Source: Myxococcota bacterium
GTDB taxonomy: Bacteria > Myxococcota > SpSt-1050
Length of the DNA: 18,815 nucleotides
NCBI GenBank assembly: GCA_049969675.1
Contig: JBMFOP010000062.1
Coordinates: 1-18,815 of the forward strand
Direction of reading: 5' to 3'
The position numbers and the translations under genes were made by a program. Under the pieces are notes generated by a model, which had not been told where the DNA came from, searched no databases, and worked only from the letters and a program-made list of their open reading frames with translations. Shown piece after piece: positions 8,072 through 16,407 of the stretch (its first letter is position 1; the number at the start of each line of letters is the position of its first letter).

Positions 8072-8811
8072 CTTTGCCTTTCAATCTCACCTCTCATAGG
8101 GACAAAGATCACGGGGATGAGGCTCTCTCTTGTAATCCCATTTTCAGTCTTTGTAATCAATACCAGTTCCTGATACATATCTCCAACCGGTGCTATTAGT
8201 CTACCACCTACTTTTAGCTGCTCAATCAGTGTATCCGGAATCTTATGTGGCGCCGCTGTAATTATTATTGCGTCAAATGGTGCAAACTCCTTCCAGCCAA
8301 AATATCCATCTCCCACCTTAAATTTGATATTCTTATATCCGAGTTCCGTCAATGTCTTCTCCGCCCGTTTTGAGAGTGTTTCAATGATTTCAATTGTATA
8401 TACCTCTTTTGCTATCTCTGCAAGTATAGCCGCCTGATATCCGGAGCCGGTCCCTATCTCCAGCACCTTCTCCTCTCCCTTAAGTCTTAATTGTTCTGTC
8501 ATATATGCCACAATGTACGGTTGGGAGATGGTCTGCCCCTCACCTATTGGGAGTGGTCCATCATCGTAAGCCCTGTCTTTAAGCGACTCCGGTACAAATC
8601 TTTCTCTCGGGACCTTATTCATAGCATTTAGGACTTTTGTGTCCTTTATATCTCTATGTCTGAGTTGAAATTCTACCATCTCTGAGCGCATCTTAATAAA
8701 ATTCTCCTTCTTCTTTTGATTTGCTGGTCTCTCCCCGGCAAAACAGGAGAGGATATATATCAGAGTTGAAAAAAATAAAAGGGTAAAAAGAGTCAGCCTC
8801 CTGCCAGTCAT
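8068..8811 (-). CDS. pcm: Protein-L-isoaspartate(D-aspartate) O-methyltransferase with hydrophobic N-terminal extension
   Basis: Motifs VPRERFV, AYDDGPLPIGEGQTISQPY, VLEIGTGSGYQAA, GDGYFGW, APFDAIIITAA, QLKVGGRLIAPVG and FVPM. ATG 8811 preferred because TTG 8820 overlaps the putative -10 box. Confidence 0.95.
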   Translation of the reverse strand: MTGRRLTLFTLLFFSTLIYILSCFAGERPANQKKKENFIKMRSEMVEFQLRHRDIKDTKVLNAMNKVPRERFVPESLKDRAYDDGPLPIGEGQTISQPYIVAYMTEQLRLKGEEKVLEIGTGSGYQAAILAEIAKEVYTIEIIETLSKRAEKTLTELGYKNIKFKVGDGYFGWKEFAPFDAIIITAAPHKIPDTLIEQLKVGGRLIAPVGDMYQELVLITKTENGITRESLIPVIFVPMRGEIERQR

Positions 8812-8819
8812 AACCCTCA

Positions 8820-8847
8820 ATTATATTAAAAAACCCCTAAATGGCAA
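8820..8847 (-). promoter_or_regulatory. Putative sigma70 promoter for the pcm operon, TTGCCA-N16-TATAAT
   Basis: Minus strand: TTGCCA at 8847-8842, 16-nt spacer, perfect TATAAT at 8825-8820, then 8 nt to ATG 8811. Confidence 0.55.
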
Positions 8848-8984
8848 CTCATAATTTCTTTTTTTGACTTGAATACAACCTCATTTTGCTGAACTCGGGT
8901 GAGGTTATGTCTTTCTCAACTTTTTGAATTTACCATTTGATTTTTTGGTATTATTATTATATTAGAATTGGCAGGAGGTATAAG

Positions 8985-10700
8985 GTGGGTTCTCAGGATA
9001 AGTTAGGTGAACTCCTTGTAAGAGAAAAGTTAATATCACTTGACCAGTTAAAGAAGGCAAAGGACTCACAGTTAAAGAGTGGAGATAGGCTTGGCACTAT
9101 ACTTGTAAAGGAAGGGTTTATTAAAGAGCAGGAATATACGAATTTTCTGAGCAAGATTTATAAGACTCCATCTGTTAATCTCTCTGAGATGGAACTTGAC
9201 CCTGAAATTGCAAAGCTGATTCCAAGAGATGTCTGTGACAAACATTGTATTATTCCTATCAATAGGGCTGGTAACTCTATAATAGTAGCTATGTCTGACC
9301 CTTCAAATGTGTATGCGATTGATGATATAAAGTTTTTAACTGGATACAATGTGGATCCTGTAATTGCCTCTGATGTGGCGATTAAGGAGGCTATAAACAA
9401 GGTCTTTGGGACGATTGAGAAGCAGAAGCAGGAAGGTGAGATCAGCTCCGCAATGGAGGCACTGATTGAGGAGGTTGGCGGAGATGAAGAGGAGGAGATG
9501 GAGACTATTGACCTTGAGAAGGCATCCTCTGCAAAGCCGATTATAAGGCTTGTAAATCAGATCCTGATTGATGCAATTGAAAGAAAGGCGAGCGATATAC
9601 ATGTGGAGTGCTATGAAAAAGAGTTCAGGGTAAGATTCAGGATAGACGGGGACCTTGTGGAGGTGGTAAAGCCACCAATGAAGGTCAAGATGGGACTGAT
9701 ATCCCGACTCAAGATTATGGCAAATCTGGATATTGCAGAACATAGAATTCCTCAGGACGGTAGGATCAAGATTAAGATCAAGGATGGCAGGGAGATGGAC
9801 TTTAGAGTCTCAGTTCTGCCCTGTGTCTTTGGTGAGAAGGTCGTTATGAGGCTTCTCGACAAGTCCAATCTCCAGCTGGATATGACAAAGCTTGGATTTG
9901 AAGAGTTTCAACTAAAGCAATTCAAAGAGGCAATTTATCAGCCGTACGGGATGGTGCTGGTGACGGGTCCTACCGGGTCCGGGAAGACCACCACATTATA
10001 TTCAGCCCTTGCAGAATTGAATAAGACCACAGTCAATATAATGACTGCCGAAGACCCTGTTGAATATAATATTGAGGGGTTGAATCAGATTCAGATGCAC
10101 GAGGAGATAGGGCTTACATTCGCCTCGGCTCTCAGGTCATTTTTGAGGCAGGACCCAAATGTAATTCTGGTTGGTGAGATAAGAGACCTTGAGACAGCAG
10201 AGATTGCCATTAAGGCAGCCCTTACCGGACAGCTTGTTGTCTCCACCCTCCATACAAATGACGCCCCTTCATCCATCACCCGTCTCATAAATATGGGTAT
10301 TGAGCCATTTCTTGTTGCCTCCTCACTCAATCTCATTCAGGCACAGCGACTTGTTAGAACAATCTGTAATAACTGTAAGGAGCCGACACAGGTAGATAAG
10401 AAGTATATGATTGAGTTAGGTCTTACGGAGGAAGAGGCAGAGGCCGCAACCCCGATGAAGGGGAAGGGCTGTGAAAAGTGTAGAGGGACGGGTTATAAGG
10501 GCAGGATCGGTATTTATGAGATCTTACCAATCACAGAAGATATCAGGAATGCAATTATTGCGGGTATGTCAGATATTGAGATCAAACATATTGCTATGAA
10601 GAAGGGTATGAAATCCCTTCGTCAGAGTGCATTGCTAAAGATGGCGAGGGGGATCACCACTATTGAAGAGGTGGTGGCAGTCACACTGGCAGATGAATAA
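8985..10700 (+). CDS. pilB: Type IVa pilus extension ATPase PilB, copy 1
   Basis: Start moved to GTG 8985 (SD AGGAGG at 8973-8978). MshEN-like N-terminus, ASDIHVE, PQDGRI, Walker A GPTGSGKTTT, EDPVEY, LRQDPNVILVGEIRD, His box TGQLVVSTLH, Zn motif CNNC..CEKC. Confidence 0.93.
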   Translation: MGSQDKLGELLVREKLISLDQLKKAKDSQLKSGDRLGTILVKEGFIKEQEYTNFLSKIYKTPSVNLSEMELDPEIAKLIPRDVCDKHCIIPINRAGNSIIVAMSDPSNVYAIDDIKFLTGYNVDPVIASDVAIKEAINKVFGTIEKQKQEGEISSAMEALIEEVGGDEEEEMETIDLEKASSAKPIIRLVNQILIDAIERKASDIHVECYEKEFRVRFRIDGDLVEVVKPPMKVKMGLISRLKIMANLDIAEHRIPQDGRIKIKIKDGREMDFRVSVLPCVFGEKVVMRLLDKSNLQLDMTKLGFEEFQLKQFKEAIYQPYGMVLVTGPTGSGKTTTLYSALAELNKTTVNIMTAEDPVEYNIEGLNQIQMHEEIGLTFASALRSFLRQDPNVILVGEIRDLETAEIAIKAALTGQLVVSTLHTNDAPSSITRLINMGIEPFLVASSLNLIQAQRLVRTICNNCKEPTQVDKKYMIELGLTEEEAEAATPMKGKGCEKCRGTGYKGRIGIYEILPITEDIRNAIIAGMSDIEIKHIAMKKGMKSLRQSALLKMARGITTIEEVVAVTLADE

Positions 10701-10715
10701 TTATTCCGAGGATTT

Positions 10716-12437
10716 ATGGCAAAACCACTTGGAGAATTACTTGTAAGAGAGAAGTTGATATCCATCAATCAACTTCAGAGAGCCCTTGAGGAGCAGAAGA
10801 AGTCTGGTGGAAGGCTCGTGGACAATCTTGTAAAGTTAGGATTTGCAAAGGATGACCAGCTGGCAAATTTTCTGTCCAATCAGTATGGACTACCAGTAGT
10901 AAATCTTGATGACTATACAATTGATGCAGAACTTGTTAAGATTGTTCCAAAGGAGATGTGTCTGAAACACACCCTGATTCCAATAAACAGGGCAGGGAAT
11001 TCTCTGGTAATAGCAGTGGCAGACCCCTCAAATATCTTTGTTGTGGACGATGTAAAATTTCTGACTGGTTATAATGTGGAGAGGGTACTCGCATCTTATA
11101 ATCAGATAAAGGCGGCTATAGATAAATATTATGGGGCTGAGCAGCAGAAGGCTCAACCACAGGAGGGTATGGCGGCATCAATCTCGGATACTCTGGATGT
11201 GCTTGAGGTGATTGCAGAAGATACAACAGATGTAAATGTATCGGAGCTTGAGAAGAGTGCATCTGATGCCCCTATCGTAAAATTTGTAAATGCAATTATT
11301 ACAGATGCAATTAATAAAGGGGCAAGTGATATTCACATTGAGCCATATGAAAGATTTATGAGAATCAGATACAGGATTGATGGAGTCCTTTATGAGGTAT
11401 CTCGCCCTCCACTCGCTATTAAGGAGGCGTTGGCCTCTCGTATTAAAATTTTGGCAAAGATGAACATCTCCGAGAGGAGATTACCTCAGGATGGAAGGAT
11501 CAGGATGACCTTTCCCGGTGATGACGAACCAATAGATTTTAGAGTCTCTACCCTCCCTTCAATATTCGGTGAGAGAATCGTATTGCGAATATTGCGAAAG
11601 GCCGGACTGCAGCAGGATATGACCAAACTTGGATTTGAACCTAAACAGCTTGAAGATTATAAGTGGGCAATTTCCCAGCCATATGGGATGGTGCTTGTTA
11701 CCGGTCCTACCGGTTCAGGTAAGACCACGACCCTCTATTCGGCACTTATGGAATTAAATACGGATGATGTAAATCTATCAACGGTGGAAGAGCCAGTTGA
11801 ATATAATATTAGAGGTATGAATCAGGTGCAGGTAAGGCCAGAGGTGGGGCTTACATTTGCCGCTGCCCTGAGGTCCTTTTTGCGACAGGACCCGGATGTG
11901 ATAATGGTGGGAGAGATAAGAGACCTTGAGACAGCGGAGATAGCCATTAAGTCTGCATTGACCGGACACCTGGTGCTCTCCACCCTTCATACCAATGATG
12001 CCCCCTCAACGGTGACGAGGTTGTTAAATATGGGAGTTGAGCCGTTCCTTGTGGCATCCGCAGTACTTGTTATTGTCTCGCAACGTCTGGTGAGAAAGAT
12101 ATGTCAGAACTGTAAGGAGGAGGTGAGTGTCTCCCCGGAGGTCCTTGAGGGACTTGGCGTTCCCAGAGCGGATATACCAACCTTTAAGGTTTACAAAGGG
12201 AAGGGTTGTGAGCAGTGCAATAACATAGGATATAAAGGGAGGATTGGTATCTATGAGAATCTCAGGTTCAATAGAGAGATAAGGGAGGCGATCTTAAGGG
12301 GTGATTCAACCGCTGAGATCAGGAGGATCGCTATTAAGAATGGTATGATTACCCTGAGAGAGGCGGCTCTCAGGAAGCTAAAAGATGGTATTACCACCAT
12401 TGATGAGGTTATCAGGACCACTGCGGTTATCCGATAG
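10716..12437 (+). CDS. pilB: Type IVa pilus extension ATPase PilB, copy 2
   Basis: MshEN-like N-terminus, ASDIHIEP, PQDGRI, GPTGSGKTTT, EEPVEY, LRQDPDVIMVGEIRD, TGHLVLSTLHTND, Zn motif CQNC..CEQC. SD GAGG upstream. Confidence 0.93.
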   Translation: MAKPLGELLVREKLISINQLQRALEEQKKSGGRLVDNLVKLGFAKDDQLANFLSNQYGLPVVNLDDYTIDAELVKIVPKEMCLKHTLIPINRAGNSLVIAVADPSNIFVVDDVKFLTGYNVERVLASYNQIKAAIDKYYGAEQQKAQPQEGMAASISDTLDVLEVIAEDTTDVNVSELEKSASDAPIVKFVNAIITDAINKGASDIHIEPYERFMRIRYRIDGVLYEVSRPPLAIKEALASRIKILAKMNISERRLPQDGRIRMTFPGDDEPIDFRVSTLPSIFGERIVLRILRKAGLQQDMTKLGFEPKQLEDYKWAISQPYGMVLVTGPTGSGKTTTLYSALMELNTDDVNLSTVEEPVEYNIRGMNQVQVRPEVGLTFAAALRSFLRQDPDVIMVGEIRDLETAEIAIKSALTGHLVLSTLHTNDAPSTVTRLLNMGVEPFLVASAVLVIVSQRLVRKICQNCKEEVSVSPEVLEGLGVPRADIPTFKVYKGKGCEQCNNIGYKGRIGIYENLRFNREIREAILRGDSTAEIRRIAIKNGMITLREAALRKLKDGITTIDEVIRTTAVIR

Positions 12438-12451
12438 GAGAGAGGAGTTAT

Positions 12452-13522
12452 ATGCCAAATCTACATCAGTTATTAAAGGCGATGATTGATAAGGGTGCAT
12501 CTGATATGCATATAACCACTGGTTCGCCACCTCAATTAAGGATTGATGGCAATCTTGTCCCTCTGAAACTTCCACCACTGACTCCTGCTGAGACAAAGGA
12601 GCTTTGCTATTCGGTTCTAACTGATGCCCAGAAGAGGAGGTTTGAGGAGGAGAACGAATTGGACCTCTCATTCGGAATAAAGGGACTCTCCCGATTCAGG
12701 GCAAATATCTTTATGCAGAGAGGTGCAGTCTCAGGTGCATTCAGAGTAATTCCTTTTAAGATAATGACATTTCAGGAATTGGGATTACCTCCAGTGGTTG
12801 TAGACCTGACACGAAAGCCGAGAGGTCTCATACTTGTGACCGGGCCCACCGGCTCCGGAAAGACCACCACACTCGCCTCTGTTATAGACCGTATAAATAC
12901 AGAGCGACACGAACATATTGTCACAATTGAGGACCCCATTGAGTATCTGCACCCACATAAAAATTGTATAGTCAATCAGAGAGAGGTAGGTTCCGATACA
13001 GCCTCTTTTAAGAAGGCTCTCAAATACATCCTGAGACAGGACCCAGATGTGGTTTTGATTGGTGAGATGAGAGACCTTGAGACCATAGAGGCGGCGCTGA
13101 CTATTGCAGAGACCGGACACCTCGCCTTTGCCACACTCCATACCAACTCCTGTGTACAGACAATCAACAGAATCATAGATGTCTTCCCTCCTTATCAGCA
13201 ACCACAGGTGAGGGCACAGCTCTCATTCGTGCTTGAGGGTGTTCTCTCACAACAACTACTACCGAGGATTGGGGGTGGAAGGGTACTTGCCCTTGAGATT
13301 ATGATACCCAATGCGGCAATCAGGAATCTTATAAGAGAGGATAAAGTACATCAAATATACTCTTTGATGCAGGTGGGGCAGGCGAAGTATGGTATGCAGA
13401 CTATGAATCAATCACTCGCAATGCTTTATTTGAAGAAGCAGATAACGCTTGAAGAGGCGGTAGGGAGGTCCTCTGACCCCGAGGAGCTCAGAAATATTAT
13501 TAGTAAAGGTATAAGTCAGTGA
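12452..13522 (+). CDS. pilT: Type IV pilus retraction ATPase PilT
   Basis: Motifs GASDMHI, GPTGSGKTTT, TIEDPIEY, LRQDPDVVLIGEMRD, TGHLAFATLH, the diagnostic AIRNLIRE and GMQTM. Confidence 0.97.
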   Translation: MPNLHQLLKAMIDKGASDMHITTGSPPQLRIDGNLVPLKLPPLTPAETKELCYSVLTDAQKRRFEEENELDLSFGIKGLSRFRANIFMQRGAVSGAFRVIPFKIMTFQELGLPPVVVDLTRKPRGLILVTGPTGSGKTTTLASVIDRINTERHEHIVTIEDPIEYLHPHKNCIVNQREVGSDTASFKKALKYILRQDPDVVLIGEMRDLETIEAALTIAETGHLAFATLHTNSCVQTINRIIDVFPPYQQPQVRAQLSFVLEGVLSQQLLPRIGGGRVLALEIMIPNAAIRNLIREDKVHQIYSLMQVGQAKYGMQTMNQSLAMLYLKKQITLEEAVGRSSDPEELRNIISKGISQ

Positions 13523-13548
13523 TTTTAGTGATCAAGGAGGGTAGATAA

Positions 13549-14760
13549 ATGCCGGTATTTATTTGGGAAGGTACTACCAAGACTGGTGAAAAGAGGAGTG
13601 GCCAGATAGAAGGGTTGAATGAAGAATTTGTAATTGCGCTCTTAAAAAAGCAGGAGATTCAGGTCACCTCTATTAAAAGGAAGGCTGGATTTAAGCTGGA
13701 CCTGTCCAGTCTCTCCTTCGGTTCGGGGGTGACAACGAGGGACCTGGTTATATTTACAAGACAGTTTGCGACTATGATTAATGCTGGTCTTCCACTGGTA
13801 ACCTGTCTGGATATTCTCGGAAATCAGTCAGACAATCCAGCACTAAAGAAGATCCTCCTGCAGGTAAAGAGCGATGTGGAGGGGGGCTCTACTTTCGCAG
13901 ATGCACTTCGAAAACACCCAAAGGTATTTGATGACCTATTTGTAAACCTGGTAGCGGCCGGTGAGATAGGTGGTATACTTGATACTATTATGAACAGGCT
14001 CGCTGCATATATTGAAAAGAATGAGAAGATAGTAAAGAAGGTTAAAGGGGCTATGACATATCCTCTGGCGGTGCTGGTTGTGGCAGTAGTACTGGTAATC
14101 GGTATGTTGTGGAAGGTCATCCCAATGTTTGAAAAGATGTTCAAGGACTTTGGTGGAGAGCTGCCCGGCCCAACCCAATTTGTGATAGACCTTTCAAATG
14201 CCTTTTTGAATCACGCATTATTAATTGTAGGCTCGCTTGTTGGATTTGTAGTTGTTTTCATCCTCTTCTTAAAGAGTAAGACCGGCAAGGAAATATTTGA
14301 TAGGATACTTATTCAATCCCCAATATTTGGAGATATCATCAGAAAATCTGCTGTTGCAAAATTTACCCGTACAATGAGTACAATGATATCTTCAGGTGTA
14401 CCTATTCTGGATGGATTAAACATTGTTGCAAGGGCCGCTGGAAATGTTGTGGTGGAGAAGGCGATTATGTATACCAGAGACAAGATCAGTGAAGGTAAGA
14501 ACATTGCAGAGCCTATGGGAGAGACCAAGGTCTTTCCACCGATGGTCGTTCAGATGATAGCAGTTGGAGAGGCGACCGGTGCAATGGATACGATGATGTC
14601 CAAAATTGCAGACTTCTATGAGGATGAGGTTGATGCCGCGGTTGAGACTATGACTTCACTTCTTGAGCCAATTATAATGGTTGTGCTCGCAGTGATTGCA
14701 GGTGGTCTTGTCATATCAATGTATCTGCCAATATTCAGTATTGCCGGGGCTATCAAATAG
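13549..14760 (+). CDS. pilC: Type IV pilus platform protein PilC (GspF family)
   Basis: Motifs FTRQFATMINAGLPL, AGEIGGILD, AMTYP, VGEATGAMD, LLEPIIM and MYLPIF. SD AAGGAGG; position directly after pilT. Confidence 0.96.
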   Translation: MPVFIWEGTTKTGEKRSGQIEGLNEEFVIALLKKQEIQVTSIKRKAGFKLDLSSLSFGSGVTTRDLVIFTRQFATMINAGLPLVTCLDILGNQSDNPALKKILLQVKSDVEGGSTFADALRKHPKVFDDLFVNLVAAGEIGGILDTIMNRLAAYIEKNEKIVKKVKGAMTYPLAVLVVAVVLVIGMLWKVIPMFEKMFKDFGGELPGPTQFVIDLSNAFLNHALLIVGSLVGFVVVFILFLKSKTGKEIFDRILIQSPIFGDIIRKSAVAKFTRTMSTMISSGVPILDGLNIVARAAGNVVVEKAIMYTRDKISEGKNIAEPMGETKVFPPMVVQMIAVGEATGAMDTMMSKIADFYEDEVDAAVETMTSLLEPIIMVVLAVIAGGLVISMYLPIFSIAGAIK

Positions 14761-14779
14761 AAAAGAAGCACAAATAATA

Positions 14780-16405
14780 ATGCAAACATCATACTCTGAG
14801 AACTTCAGGAAGAAACTGATATGGGTAATGCTTTTCAGGATTATTCTTGTATCCATTCTTTTGGTAGCCACCCTTATAAGGCATATCAGAAGCTATGAAT
14901 CTGCCATCAGGCTGGATTCTTCCTTTATAGTTCTTATAATAATTTCTGCCTATCTGGCATCGCTGGTCTATCTATATCTTTTAAGACAATCAAGCTGGTA
15001 TAGACTCTCTGCAATTTTGCAGATTGTTGGAGATATGCTCTTTTCAACACTACTATGTTACTTTACCGGTAAGGATGGTTCAATATTTACAATATTTTTT
15101 GCCTTTACAACCATTATATCGGCAATCCTGTTTTTGAGGGCTGGTTCATATATTACGGCAGCCATATCTTCCATTATTATTGTAATATTCGCCATTGACA
15201 GACAACTTTTATTTCTGCCTTACATCCCGGGGATGATCATTGAGAACACAAAACCCTCTCTTGACCAGATGGTCTATTCTGTATTTATTCATATCCTTGC
15301 TTATGTGGTTATAGCGCAACTGAGTTCATATCTCTCAACTGAGCTCAAGACCACAAGTGAACAATATTATGCTAAGAAGAGGGCATATGATATCCTCTTT
15401 GACCAGTACAGGGCAATAGTTGAAAATCTCTCGGATGGGGTTCTCTTATTCAAGAATAACAGACCTGCATATATAAACGATATAGCAGCCAGCATCTTTG
15501 GTATCTCCAAAAATAGTATAGAAGAGTTGGAAAAATTTAGTAAGATTAAAGAGGTACTTGATAGGTTAAATCTCTCATCTGGAGGAGAGATAGAATCACT
15601 GAGTGATGGGAAGAAGAGATTTGTCTCTATAAAGCATAAGAGAAGGGTATATGAGGATGGCTCTACTGATGACATTTATGTTGTATCGGACCTCACTGAG
15701 GGCAGGAGGCTTCAGGAGGAGATTATCAGGTCAGAGAAACTTGCCTCAATCGGTAAGGTAGCAACCGGGTTTGCCCACGAAATAAGAAATCCATTATCTT
15801 CTATTTTAGGTTCAATTGAATTGGTCAAAAAGACCACCGCCTTTGATGAAGAGAATAGTATGCTGATGGACATTATTGTTAAGGAATTATTGAGGGTAAA
15901 TGAGTTGATTGAGAGATTCTTGATGTTTGCAAGGCCAACTCCGCCCCGGTTCTCAATGATAGATATTGGCAGGGTAATCTCTGAAGTAGTTGAATTGATT
16001 AGATTTGATAAGGATTATAGAGATACAATCAGGATTGAAATAAGAGATGAATTCAAAAGAGAGATAGTGGCAGACCCTTCAATGTTGAAGCAGGTCTTCT
16101 GGAATCTTATAAAGAATTCACTGCAGGCAATTAAAGAGAGGGGAGAGATAACAATTTCTATCAGGGGGAGAGAGACTGATTTTATAGAGGTAGAGGTTAG
16201 AGATACTGGTTGCGGTATCCCGCAGACTGAGACAGATAGAATATTTGACCCATTCTACTCCTCAAAGGAGAAGAGTATTGGCATCGGCCTGTCAATTGTT
16301 CATTCAATAATTAAAGAACATAAAGGTAAGGTCATCGTTGAGTCCGTGTTAAATAAAGGGACTGCCTTTAAGATCCTTCTTCCAGTAAAACAAGGGGAGA
16401 GTTGA
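14780..16405 (+). CDS. pilS: Membrane sensor histidine kinase PilS
   Basis: Start moved to ATG 14780 to avoid overlap with pilC. Multiple N-terminal TM segments, PAS-like region, H box FAHEIRNPL, N box QVFWNLIKNS, DTGCGI, FDPFYSSK, GIGLSIV. Synteny pilC-pilS-pilR. Confidence 0.88.
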   Translation: MQTSYSENFRKKLIWVMLFRIILVSILLVATLIRHIRSYESAIRLDSSFIVLIIISAYLASLVYLYLLRQSSWYRLSAILQIVGDMLFSTLLCYFTGKDGSIFTIFFAFTTIISAILFLRAGSYITAAISSIIIVIFAIDRQLLFLPYIPGMIIENTKPSLDQMVYSVFIHILAYVVIAQLSSYLSTELKTTSEQYYAKKRAYDILFDQYRAIVENLSDGVLLFKNNRPAYINDIAASIFGISKNSIEELEKFSKIKEVLDRLNLSSGGEIESLSDGKKRFVSIKHKRRVYEDGSTDDIYVVSDLTEGRRLQEEIIRSEKLASIGKVATGFAHEIRNPLSSILGSIELVKKTTAFDEENSMLMDIIVKELLRVNELIERFLMFARPTPPRFSMIDIGRVISEVVELIRFDKDYRDTIRIEIRDEFKREIVADPSMLKQVFWNLIKNSLQAIKERGEITISIRGRETDFIEVEVRDTGCGIPQTETDRIFDPFYSSKEKSIGIGLSIVHSIIKEHKGKVIVESVLNKGTAFKILLPVKQGES

Positions 16406-16407
16406 TT

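Noticed and set aside
2583..8173. Numerous short plus-strand ORFs opposite the minus-strand operon
   Set aside because: Antisense shadow ORFs of well-supported genes, with no motifs.
8842..8984. TGGCA words at 8842 and 8969 as possible sigma54 -24 elements
   Set aside because: Neither has a TTGC -12 element at the required spacing.
10176..11935. Identical 23-nt tract GAGATAAGAGACCTTGAGACAGC at 10176-10198 and 11913-11935, with a partial copy in pilT
   Set aside because: It encodes the conserved Walker B-adjacent EIRDLETA. Paralogy and codon bias explain it; it is not a CRISPR or mobile repeat. Gene conversion cannot be shown from one tract.
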